Source of the DNA: Piromyces finnis finn
Taxonomy: Eukaryota > Fungi > Neocallimastigomycota
Assembly (NCBI GenBank): GCA_002104945.1
Contig: MCFH01000040.1
Location: 434,001-498,000, forward strand
Length of the DNA: 64,000 bases
Direction of reading: 5' to 3'
In this document: positions 1 through 12,405 of the stretch, in pieces
Layout of the letters: every line of letters begins with the position of its first letter
Numbering within the stretch: the first letter of the stretch is position 1
Notes under the pieces: model-generated
What the model saw: the letters and a program-made list of their open reading frames with translations, nothing else
Told to the model about the DNA's origin: nothing
The model's database searches: none
Made by a program: the position numbers and the translations under genes

Positions 1-1549
1 ACTAATACAACTCTTCCATCGTCCTCAGCATCAGTCACTTCTCATAATTCATTACCATTAATACCTGCACTTTCAACGCTCTCTTTATCTTCTTTCACTA
101 AATCTACTCCAAAAACAACGCATCCAAATCTCACATCTATTATTTCTAATACTACGAATTCAAAACATACAGAGTCTCAATTAAAATCAATAACAAATAA
201 ATTAAATGCACTAACTTCATCATCCGTATCAACTACTACAACAACAGTTACTACAACACCATCAATCACAACGTCAGAAATAGCCGCATCTCCGAAACTA
301 TTAATATCCCAAACAACTTCAAACACCTCAAATACTACACCTGTAGCTACATCAAATTCAAAAGCGACAACAATAAAAGCAGCCTCTACTACAATTAAAC
401 CATTAATTCCATTACTATCAACCCCTATATTATCAGCAAAACAACCTACATTAACAACATCGATATCATCCTCTTCAACTAATTTAGCTGCGAAAATTGT
501 GCCAAAACCTATTGCACCATTAACATCAATACCACCGTTAGGTGCTGTACCATTGCCACTTTCAACTTCATTAAATGTAAAGCCAAATTTAAGCGTTCCA
601 CAAGTTATGCCATCCATGTTATCAAATCCAAAATTATTCCCACTTTTATTTTCATCAGATTCAGTAAATTTAATTTCTAATGCAGCAAAAACAGTAGCAG
701 AAAATCTAGCTAAATCATCTCTTCCAACTACGTCATCAGTTAGCAGTACTGTAACATCAGTACCATCGGCTACTTCATCAAATACAACCTTAAATTCATT
801 AGTTTCAACTTCATCCACTGCTCCTACAACTACATTAAATACTGTAACAAACCCAATTTCATCAGCACTTTCTATACTATCTACTCTTCCATTATCCAAC
901 CCTGCCATAACAACACCACTTAATTCAACGTCTCTTGCATCAAAAGTAACAACATCAACGCTAATAAATCCAGTTAAAAAAGAATTAAAAAATGAAGGTA
1001 TTTCACCGATAAATACGACACCTAATACATCTGTATCCACTTCTTCAATTCCAATTAAAACTGATAATAAAAATAATAATAATAATAAGACTTTAACAAA
1101 AAATAGTAACACATATGTTGATGAAAAAAGAAGAAAGTTTTTGGAAAGAAATAGAATTGCAGGTAAATATATATATATATACCTAAATATAGTAAACCAA
1201 ATAAATAAATTATTAATTTCATAGCATAATTAATTAATTTTATTTAATTCCTTATTTTATAGCTTCCAAATGTCGTCAAAAGAAAAAAGCTTGGGTTCAA
1301 GATTTGGAAAAGAAATCAACTGAAGTTAGTATTGCCAACAGGAATTTAAAAATTATTGTTAATCAACTAAAAGATCGGGTAGCTATTTTAAGAGGTCAAC
1401 TCTTACTTCATAAAAATTGTCAAAGTAAAGTAATACAACAATATCTTCAACAATCTTCAATTAATTTATCAATTCAAAATACATTACAATCCCTTAATCA
1501 AAATTCAGTAGGAAATCAGTCTCTATTAAATTTTAATAAAATCCAATAA
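1..1549 (+). CDS. ATF/CREB-family bZIP transcription factor (Atf1/ATF2-like), 5' partial; join(<1..1162,1263..1549)
   Basis: Frame 1 reads open from base 1 through a Ser/Thr/Pro-rich region to DEKRRKFLERNRIA. A phase-1 GT-AG intron (1163-1262) follows, then ASKCRQKKKAWVQDLE and a leucine zipper (L..N..L...V..L...V..LR.QLL.HK.C), typical of ATF2/Atf1. Confidence 0.9.
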
Positions 1550-1859
1550 TTTTTCTTTTTTTTTAAAAAAAAAAAAAATAATAATAACAATAATAATTTA
1601 TGCATCTATGTTCACTAACTTTAATAATGAAAGAAAATTAAATTTTATAAAATTTCTTTAATATTACTTAAAAACTCAATAAATGAATTGTTTACATCCC
1701 TATTAAAAAAAAAAAAAAAAAAAAAATCTATAAAAAAAAAAAGCATTTATTAGTTTATTTTTTTATTTTATTTTTATTATTATTTTAATGTTAAAAATAG
1801 TTTTCTAGTAATTTATTGTTTATACTAATTTTATCATTATTTCTATAAATTGTTTATTC

Positions 1860-1892
<33 letters not shown>

Positions 1893-2456
1893 GTAATTAC
1901 AATTTTTAAAAAGAAAAAGAATATAATAAGTTCATGGTTAATATTTCATTATAACTCATTTTTCAGGTTTATAAATAATAATTTATCCTTATCCTTAAAT
2001 TTTATATTTTCCTTTATTTTTTAATCTCTTCAATTTTTTTTTTCTCAAGATTTTTAATAGGAAAAAATAAATTTTATTTGATTTATTATTATTATCCTTT
2101 TATATATGTTTATAATAAAAGAAAGAAAATCATTTGCTTTGTTAATAAAATAATTATTTATTTTAATTCATTTAAGAGGTATTTTTAAAACTTTTGGATT
2201 TTACTTATATAAATTAAATAGTATTTTTTTAATAGATATTAGATTGTTTTTGCTATATTGTTAATAGTATTAATCACAATTATTACTGAAAGATTATTAT
2301 TAATTAGATATAGTGTATATATATATATTTTATTATTATTATTATTATATTATATTATAATAATTGCATTAATATTAAAAATCAATCTATAAAAATAATT
2401 ATTCCAAAACGATTGGTAGTAAATAATAGAAAAAAAATGAAGCATTCCTTTTATAT

Positions 2457-3759
2457 TTATTCATCATTATTTTCTTCATTTTGTTTTGTTTCTGTTGATT
2501 GTATTTGCCAAGCTGGTATGGCTGGTTTTTGATTTAAGAATGAAAATCTTGAAGTCATTGAAGAATCAATTTCATTAGTCTTTTTTACACCATTAGATTC
2601 ACCGGAAGAAGAGGAAGAAGCAGTAGCTGAAGAATCCGGTGTAGTTCCTTGATTACTTAAAGTCATTCTATTAACAATTAATGATTTTAATGATTTTATT
2701 TCATTTTGTAAATCTTGTAAAACAGAGTCATTTGTTTCTTTTGACTTTTCAATTATCTGTTGATTATTATTATTTAATTATTTAATAAGAATTAATTAAT
2801 AATTATAAATTTTTTAAAATCTAATATTCTTATTATGACATTTCCATCTTTAAATATAATATTAATAATAATAATAATAACAAAATTTTATGCTTATATT
2901 CTACATATTTTACCTTTGGAATTAAAGTTTTAACATTTTCTAAATCATTCTTTATAGTTCTAATTTCTTCATCTCTCTTTTCATCAGCTTCCTTTAAGCT
3001 ATTTAATGATTTGGTTAATGTATCCATAAATGATTTTATCTTTTCACCTTGTTCATCCATTAATTTTATTGCTGTTTGAGTTTCAATCTTTGAAGAATTA
3101 AGTGCTTCGCTTGCAATATCCAATTGTTTTGTTAATTGTTCATTATTATTTTGAAGATCTTTCGTTGAAGGAATTTGAAGTAAATCTGGTAAATATTTCT
3201 AGTTTAATAATTAATATTGAAGTTTCATTATTAAAATAATTTAAATATAAAAATAAAAATTACGAAAAAAAAAATAATAATAAGATTTTAATAATAATTT
3301 ATATTATGTAAATATTGAATAATAATAAAAAAAAAAAAGGGGTATTGTCTTTTTTCTTTCAATTCTAGTAAAATTCAAGATTATCTCATTATATTTTAAT
3401 TTATAATAAATATAATTAATAATAATAATCTTTACCTTTAAGGCCTTGTATAATGCATAACTGACACCACCAATAATAGCTGTGCCAATAAAATAATCTT
3501 TCCAACCTAAATACTTTGGTGGAGGTTGAACAATTTGCATATATGGATTTGATGGAAGTTGTGGAGCACCACCAGCAGCAACAACAGCATTTGATTGGGC
3601 ACCATTACCATCAGCTCTTGAAAGAGCTTCCTTAATTTCTTCTTGTGTTAAACCTTTTGATTCAAGAAAAGCAACTCTTTTTGCTAAAGGAGCTTTTTGA
3701 ACCTTTGGATCTTTTAAAAAACTTGTTGCACTACTAACTAAATTTTCTCTTAAGGCCAT
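2457..3759 (-). CDS. PEX14: Peroxisomal docking protein Pex14; complement(join(2457..2756,2914..3198,3436..3759))
   Basis: N-terminal RENLVSSATSFLKDPKVQKAPLAKRVAFLESKGLTQEEIKEAL is the Pex14_N domain. It is followed by a hydrophobic segment (WKDYFIGTAIIGGVSYALYK), a coiled coil and the conserved LQNEIKSLKSLIVNR motif. Two in-frame GT-AG introns were traced. Confidence 0.93.
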
Positions 3760-4028
3760 TCTATGCTAAAAAAAAAAAATGAATCGAAACTTTGAATTAA
3801 TAATTTATTTTTTTTTTAAAATGTTTTTTTATATTAATTTATTAAACTCTTTTAAAAAATAATAATGCAACAGTGATATTTGTAATAATGTTTGATGCTT
3901 TAATATTTTACAAAACATTAATAATATACATACTTTTTAAAGCTTTATTGAAACAATAATTATTGAGAATAGATAAAAAAAAAAAAAATAAAAAAAAAAA
4001 TAAAATAAAAATAAAAAATTTATATTAA

Positions 4029-4038
4029 GTCATGTGAT
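4029..4038 (+). promoter_or_regulatory. E-box/M-box-like element GTCATGTGAT in the PEX14/PPIL2 divergent promoter
   Basis: Exact sequence seen. The same motif occurs in two other head-to-head intergenic regions. Function inferred. Confidence 0.45.
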
Positions 4039-4132
4039 ATACTCTTTTTTTAATAATTAAATGGATTAAAACTAAAAGTATTTGAATTTTTTTACATTTT
4101 TTAGAATATCAAGATTTTAGAATAACACAAAA

Positions 4133-6727
4133 ATGGGTAGAAAATCGGATAAAATGTATATTACTCACAGTGAATGGAGTAATGAATTCGAAGGAGGAAT
4201 GAGTTTTGGGTAGTTATACATTATGAATGAATCAATCAATTTAATATATTTAAAATATATTTGTCTATAATTTTTAATTATTATTAAACTAAATTAAAGT
4301 CAATTTTTATTCTCTATAATAATGTAAATCCTTAAATAATTATTATCTATAATACTAAATATAGAGGATGTAAAGTTCGTAAACAAAAAGAAAATTTTAA
4401 AAGATTACCATTTGATTGTTGCGCTTTATCACTTCAACCATTTGAACATCCAATGTGTACCCAAGATGGAACAATTTTTGAACTAATGAATATAGTACCA
4501 TGGTTAAAAAAGTAATTATATTTCTTAAAGTAATAATAAAAAAAAAAAGTGAGAAAGAAGAAAGAAAAAGAAAAGCAAATATTTATAAATATATGATTTA
4601 TCGCTAATATTTATATTTATATTTTTAATATTAATACTATAACATTGCAAAATTAATTTAACATACATTTTATGAAATAAAATTTTAAATTTAAAATTTA
4701 AATTTACTTAATTATATTAAAATTGAAATATTTATGCATGAATCCATTTTTGTTTATCATCACTTATAACAAATACAATTCAATAAATAACAATAAAAAA
4801 AAAAGGTATGGAACATCACCAATTACAGGAGAAAAATTAAGTGCAAAATCATTAATTAAATTAAATTTTGCTAAGAATTCAAAAGGAAAATATCACTGTC
4901 CAGTATCATTTAAAGAATTTACTGACAATACTAAAATAGCAGCTATTAAAACTACAGGAAACGTATATGAATATGATATAATAGAAAAATTAAATATAAA
5001 GCCAAAATATTGGAAAGATTTATTAACAGATGAACCTTTTACAAGAAAAGATATTATTGTTTTACAGGTATTTAACAACATTATTATTAAATATTTTGTA
5101 GAATTATTTTCAAATATAATAAAAAAAATCTTTTATTATTCATAATAACTTTTTTTTTTTTTTTTTTTTTTTTTTTGATATTTAAATTCTAATCATTAAT
5201 ATATCAAATTATTAATAAAATTTAAAAGGATCCACAAAATTTAGATAATAAAAATTACACAAATTATTATTACTTCAAAAATGGTATGAAAGCAATAAGT
5301 CAAAATGATGATGAGAATGATGATAATATCAATTCAAATGAAGCAACAGAAAGAATATTAAATACAGTTAAAAAATCAAAAAATTCTTCTGAAATCAAAT
5401 CCTCAAATAGCTCACTTGTAGCAAGCAAAGCAAAAAAATCATATAATGCAGCACCTTATTCCCAAGGAAAAGTTTCAGCATCCTTTACTAGTACTGCTTT
5501 AAATATTGAAACAAAAAATGAATATGCACTATTTGATAATGAAGAATATATGTTCAAACATATTAAAGACAAGGGCTACTGTAGTATTAAAACAAATTAT
5601 GGTGATTTAAATTTAGGTATAAATTTAAAATTTAATTTTTTTTTAATATAAGCATTTATTATTATTGAATTCATTGAATATTATATTTATTTTTAAATTG
5701 ATATTTCTTAAAAAAAAAAAAAGAATTAAATTGCAAAGCTGCTCCACGAACCTGTTATAATTTCATTATGCTTTCAAAAAAAGGATATTATAAAAATGTT
5801 ATTTTTCATAGAAGTATTAAGCATTTTATGATTCAAGGTGGTGATCCAACTGGTACTGGCAGAGGAGGAGAATCTATTTGGAAAAAAGAATTCCCCGATG
5901 AATTTAAATCTAATCTTTCACATAAAGGAAGAGGTGTTCTTTCCATGGCTAATCATGGAAAAAATACTAATGGTTCACAATTGTAAGCTCTTTTAATATA
6001 AATAAATAAAATTTGTATAGAATAATAATTTTCATCATATGTATATATGTATATATATATATTATAAATCAAAAATTTAAAGTTTTATTACATATCGTTC
6101 ATGTACTCATCTTGATAATAAGCATACTATCTTTGGAAAATTGGTTGGTGGTTTAGAAGTTTTATCAAAATTAGAAGCAATACCAACAGATGATCAAGAT
6201 AGACCATTGGTAAATAAACAATATTAAAGTAGTATAATTATTTAAGATAATTGAATATTATAATATTAATAATTAATTATTACATTATATTAATTAGCAA
6301 GAAATTAAAATAAAAGATGTTGTGGTATTTATAGATCCATATGAAAAATTCCAAGAAGAATTAAAATTAAAAGAACAACAAATAAATGAAACTAAAGAAA
6401 AAGAAATGAAGAAGAAGGAAAATGTAAGTTCTTCAATAATATATAAATATAATCATAAATAGTAGATATATAATGCTATTATATATCTGTTATTTATAAT
6501 TTAGCTTTCAATTATGTAAATAGTTTAATAAATTTATTATTATTTCATTATTTATAATAAAGGCCTCTAAATTCACAACAACAAAAACAGGAATTGGAAA
6601 ATATCTTCCAGATATGTCAAAGAGAAAAGAAAGAGAAGATGATAATCCAGGTCAATATAATGATTATGAAAAATTAATTAAAAAACAAAAATCAAATAAT
6701 AATTTTGGTGATTTTAGTTCTTGGTAA
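4133..6727 (+). CDS. PPIL2: U-box/cyclophilin peptidyl-prolyl isomerase PPIL2 (Cyp60-like), 8 exons (approx. 4133..4209,4365..4510,4806..5067,5229..5616,5724..5982,6083..6209,6298..6423,6563..6727)
   Basis: N-terminal [15 protein letters not shown]; [17 protein letters not shown] (U-box); [10 protein letters not shown]; cyclophilin core [54 protein letters not shown]; C-terminal FGDFSSW. Confidence 0.95.
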
Positions 6728-7080
6728 AATAACTAATTAAAAGCACTTTTAAATTTTTAATTATTATATAAATTGTTTTTATAGTATTTTAATTTAATAA
6801 AAAAAAATGGTTTTTTTTCACTTATCTATATGTTTTATAAAAATTAAAATATTAATGGGTAGTAAATAATTATATATAAAATTATTGATTTTTTAAAGTT
6901 TAAAAAAAAAAAGAACATTAGCAAGAATATTCTATTTTATTTTATAAAATAAAATTTTTAAAGAATAAAAATATTAAAAATAACATCTAACCCTATTGTT
7001 TTGTTTCAATTTTTCATAAAATATTATGATTAATTTATAAATATTGTAAAAAATTATTAGTATAGAAACTGAATATTTTA

Positions 7081-7240
7081 TTTATCTATCTATCTATTTA
7101 TTCATTCATTTTATTATTTATTTATTTATTTGTTTATTTATTTATTTGTTTATTTATTTATTTATTTGTTTATTTATCTATTTATTTATTTGTTTATTTA
7201 TTTATTTATTTATTCATTCATTCATTCATTCATTTATTTG
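7081..7240. repeat. Compound tetranucleotide microsatellite (TATC/TATT/TGTT/CATT)n
   Basis: Directly visible runs of tttatttatt interrupted periodically by tttg, flanked by (tatc)n and (ttca)n. Confidence 0.9.
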
Positions 7241-8593
7241 TGTAAAAAGAATAAAAAGAATGAGTCAAATATATATATTTAATATATATATTTAATAATA
7301 CTCCTATTTTTATTTATTTTTTTAAATAAAGTATTATATATTAAAGTTACAAATTAATATTATGATCCGTTTGTATTTTGGTTGTTTTCTTTTATTTCAA
7401 ATATTTATTATAATTTATATAGCATAATATATATTAATATATTTGAATATATATCATTAATATATCTTTTAAATTGTTATATATTTAATATATATTAATA
7501 TATTATAAAATACAATACTTCAATAGATCATAATTTAATTGATTCATATTTCATTAAAATAATAATGAGACTTTAATATAATTATACTTTATTAAATATT
7601 GAATATACCATATATTGTTTTATATTAATAAACTTTAGTATTTAAAACCAAAATAGTATTGTTTAAAGTTGTACATTTAGTATGAGAGGCAAACATTCAT
7701 TACTCTAATATGAAAAATATTGGTAAATTTTGATTTTTTTTCTTTTATGGTTTGACCTATTATCTGATCTTTTTGGTGGTGTGAATAAAGTTTATTATTA
7801 AATAAAATGGTAATGTAGCATGAAACGGTGGTGGTGATGGTTAGATACTTAATTTAAAAATTTTTGTATAACATTAATAAATTACATTTATTATTTATAT
7901 ACATTCTTTTACGAAATGTAAAAACTATATATTTATATATATTTTTTTTTTTTTTTTTTTTTTTTTTGCTTTTTTGTTTTTTTGAAAAAAATTCTTTTTT
8001 TTTTTTTTTTTTTTTTGAAAATTTTTTTTATTTTTTCAATAATAAAATAAGAAACGGTGCTCGATATACTAACTCCTAAATATAATATTAACAATTGTTT
8101 TATATTAATGAAATCAAAAACAAATAAAAAAATTTTATTTATTACAAATTCTGAAGATTTTAAATATATGTTGCTTTAAATAATACATACATTACAATTA
8201 ATTTTAAAAATAGATATTTTAAACAAAATTTATATATTAATTTTGGTTTACCTATTTCTTTTAACTAATATAACAAAACATTTTTAACTTATTAAAAACG
8301 AAACAAAAAAAAAATAATTATATATTAATATAAAAATAAGATTAATAGCAAACAAAATATATTAAAAGCAATCAATAACATATTTTTTATCATTATTTAA
8401 TTAATCAATATATATAAATTATAAAAATAAATTCAAAATAAAATAAATTCAATATTTCTTTTTTATTATCAAAAAATAAAAGAAAAAAAAAAAAGAAATT
8501 ATTTAAGAAAAACTATAAAAAATATATAATATATATATTTTTTTTTTAATTTAAGAAAATTAAAAATAATAGTTTTAAAAAAATAATTTGTTT

Positions 8594-8624
<31 letters not shown>

Positions 8625-8851
8625 GTAAATAAAAATAATTATATAATAATATAATATAAATAAACGAGTGAATTTGTGAGCAATAATAAAATCATTGTAA
8701 ATATAAATTTTTATAATATATATTAATAATTCAATAATTATATTAGTTATATATTCATTAAAAAAAAACTTTAATAAAATCAACAAATTATTAAAAAATA
8801 ATAAAGAAAATATAATATTGTAAATACAAACAAATATATTTAAATTAAACA

Positions 8852-10837
8852 ATGGATAACAATCAACCTTCTTGTCCACCAAGGTTAGTATCATACGATA
8901 AAGCTTTAGACCATAAAATTACCAATCAATATATGAATAATATTCTTATAAATAAACAGACTGCTGTTAACAATCAAAGTATGTCTCCACAGCAAAATAT
9001 AAATAAAATTGATAATATTTATAATAATTATAATTCATCACAAATGCAAAATTATAATCCTTCATTAAATAGACCAAATAATTATATCTCTCCTAAAATA
9101 ATACCTCAACAAAACTTACCATTACAAAATGTAAGAATAAACAGTAATACGGCTGGTGATTTGTCAATGCAACCTATGAATAATCATTTCCAATCCATGA
9201 ATCAAAATTTAAATGTAGATATGTTAAATCCTACATTAAATAATGATCCTTCAGATTTTAATACAAATTTTTATATAAAAGCTGAAAAAACAAAGAGATT
9301 AAGTTTCTTTGATGTTGTACCAAATGTAAAACAAATGTCTAAGCAAAATAAGCTTTCAAAATGGGCATTAATATTTATAATTATCCAAGTAATTTCTATT
9401 GTAATATTAGAATCTTTACTTTTTATTATCTATAATAATAATTATAATGATTTAAAAAGTAAATTAGGCACTAAAATATTAGATAATGAAAATGCATTAC
9501 AAATGAAAAGTTTATGTATTTACCAATTCATATTCATATTTTCACAGTTTTATGTATTGGTGATGTATTATGATAGTTTTAGACTATCAAGTTCAATACA
9601 ACTTATTACAGTTAGTATATTTAATTCTATGATAGCAGGTTACTCTTTTTATCAAATTTTTCAAACAATTCATTTATTTGATAAGTTAAAGGATGATGCG
9701 GATTTATCTCTTGATTTAAAAAAAGATTTTTTAAGAATTAAAAATGAATATAAATATACTCAGTAAGTAATATACATATAATTATAAATCTATTATTCAT
9801 AATATTAATCATTTTATAATAATATATTAATAACTTTATAGAATTCTAGTACTAGAGATCATAATAACATCAATTCTTTGTATTAGCATGATAGGATTAC
9901 TTTATATGAGCATGTTCTTATTTAAAAGATTTGGTTGGAATATTTATAGAAATGTTGGTGCTGATATTAAAAAAACTGGTAATTCTAAATTTATAGTATT
10001 AATATTTTCAATTAATGATTATAAATGATTTTAATTATATATATATATTATTGTAATAGTTATTTTAAAGAGAAGATATAATTTTGGACTTGCAATGAAA
10101 TTGAAGTTCTTTTTCATATTTGGTATTATTGCACAAGTAAATGTTTAAGAATATAAATAATAATTGATTGTTAATATATTTGCTACTTATGCATAAATAA
10201 AATATATATATTAATAGTATTATTTTTATTTTATATATAATAGTGTTTTATATTTAGTGATGACAAAGGTCAAATTAATTTCACCAAAAATATTTTAGAT
10301 AGTTTTGATACAATCGTTAAATCTTATGCCGCTTATGCATTAAGCATAATTTTCATAATTAATACATTTTGTGGATTTATGTCTGTAAGTTTTAAAAAAT
10401 ATTATAAAAAAAAAAAAAGCTTATAATAAATCATTAATATTTATATATTTCTATATGTATAATAACAATAATAATAATCAAGGTAAAAAAGGAAAACAAA
10501 TTTTTGATGGTTCTTCATATACTTACAGATATGTGCTTCATTATCTTCTCAATATATATGATTTATATAATATTTGATAATAAAGAATATGCGGCAGTAA
10601 AAATATCTTTAACTGGTTTTGGTAAAAATCTTATGAATGTTTTCTTTTGATTATAATAATATTATTATATAATATAATTTTAATTTACTAACACAATTTA
10701 ATATAATAGCTGTAATTGAAATCTTATTACTTTTTATATCTATTTATTTCTCAATGGTAGTCATGGTAGATTTTAATACTGTAGATCTAACAGAAGATAA
10801 CGAAAAAAATCAAATTGAAAGACGCTTAAGTCTTTAA
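8852..10837 (+). CDS. Multi-pass membrane protein resembling the fungal UPF0658 (Golgi membrane) family, about 6 exons
   Basis: Gln/Asn-rich N-tail, then hydrophobic helices (KWALIFIIIQVISIVILES; IYQFIFIFSQFYVLV). Spliced exons give LFKRFGWNIYRNVGADIK and LKFFFIFGIIAQ, resembling the FGW.IYK.IGAD and LKFDFFF motifs of that family. Ends RRLSL*. Confidence 0.7.
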
Positions 10838-10847
10838 TTTTTATAAT

Positions 10848-10898
<51 letters not shown>

Positions 10899-11910
10899 AT
10901 CAAGATATTATTAAACAAAAAAAAATAGTGAAGGTGAATAAAAAAAATTAAATTTTTAAATTAAAAAATAAAAAATAAAATGTAATAAAGAAATATATAA
11001 TATACAATATTAAAAAAAAAAGTTAAAAAGAAAAGAAAAAAAGAAACCATTTGATAAATATACATTATATATATATTAAACTTTTAATAGTTTATATAAT
11101 ATTATAGATTATACATAATTTATATTCTAATATTAGTTTTTGTCTAGTTTACTTATTAATTACAATATAAATAGTAAAATAAGAAAAAAATAAAAAATGA
11201 CAATATTATACATATAACATTAAAATTATTAAAATTATTAGCATTTTAAAAACTTTTAATAATATTTATTTAATTTATTTACTTAATTATTTATCTTTAA
11301 TGAATGTACTTAATAACATCATTTATTAATATCTTTTTTCTTTTCAACTATTTCATTTTTACTAATATTGAAATATTGAAATAAAATAAAACTGTTAAAA
11401 AAAAAAACAAAAAAACAAAATTAAAAAATTATATATATCAAATGATGAGCTATATAAATTATTAAATTACTTTATTATTTTATGGCTTGCAATATATAAA
11501 ATATTTTAATTCTTATATTGATAATTGAATTATTATTCGGAAAGAATTATATTGAATTAATGGTAAATTATTCCTTCTTATTTAATTGAGGCTAATATTA
11601 TCAAAATATCTAATATAGAAATAAAAAAAAAATATTTTAAATTTTACCCTAATCATTTTTTATTCTCAAAACATTCTTATAAAGTAATAAAAATAATAAA
11701 TTACCAATTATGAAAAATTAACATATATGTATTCTTTCTTTTTTGAATGATAAAAGTAATTATAATTTATATATGATTATGTATATAATTAATTTCATTA
11801 TAGTTTTGTTTTTGTTTTTGTTTTTTTGAAAAATCTATTTAAAGTTAAAGCAAAACTAAATTTTATAATTATCATTTAATCCAATTAAAATTAATTCAAT
11901 TTTAAATTCC

Positions 11911-11949
<39 letters not shown>

Positions 11950-12405
11950 TTGCAAAATAATACATTTATTTTATAAAAGTATTTTTAATTTAAAATCTCG
12001 AAAAGTAATAGTCAATTATAAACACATATATGTAATATATTTATTCATCTACAATAATCATTTTAAAAATTATATACAAGTAAAAACAAAATAGTAATAA
12101 TAATAATAATAATAATATCATAAATCAGAAATGTTAATTGCTATATAGATAATTTATATTTTCAATTTAATTTTTTTAATTGAATTTTACATTTCGTATA
12201 TTTACTACTCTATATTATCATTATCTAATTTCTTTATATATATATTTATGTATATAATAAAAATACAACATTAAAAAGAAGTGAATAAAATAATATAAAT
12301 CCTTAAATAGTCAATAAAAATATATAATTTTTATTTAAATATCAATTCCATCCCTTTTGAAAATAATAATAATAATAATTTAATAAAAAAAGAAAAGAAA
12401 AGAAA

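Noticed and set aside
177-1112. 311-aa antisense ORF
   Set aside because: It is the mirror of the Ser/Thr/Pro-rich bZIP exon; such codons rarely produce stops on the opposite strand. No recognisable motif.
7864-8894. Short Phe/Ile/Lys-rich ORFs (7864..8079, 8499..8894) and similar ones at 15081-15365, 27323-27631, 36869-37069, 63732-63917
   Set aside because: They come from homopolymer and AT-rich sequence, or are off-frame overlaps with real exons, with no coherent protein signal.
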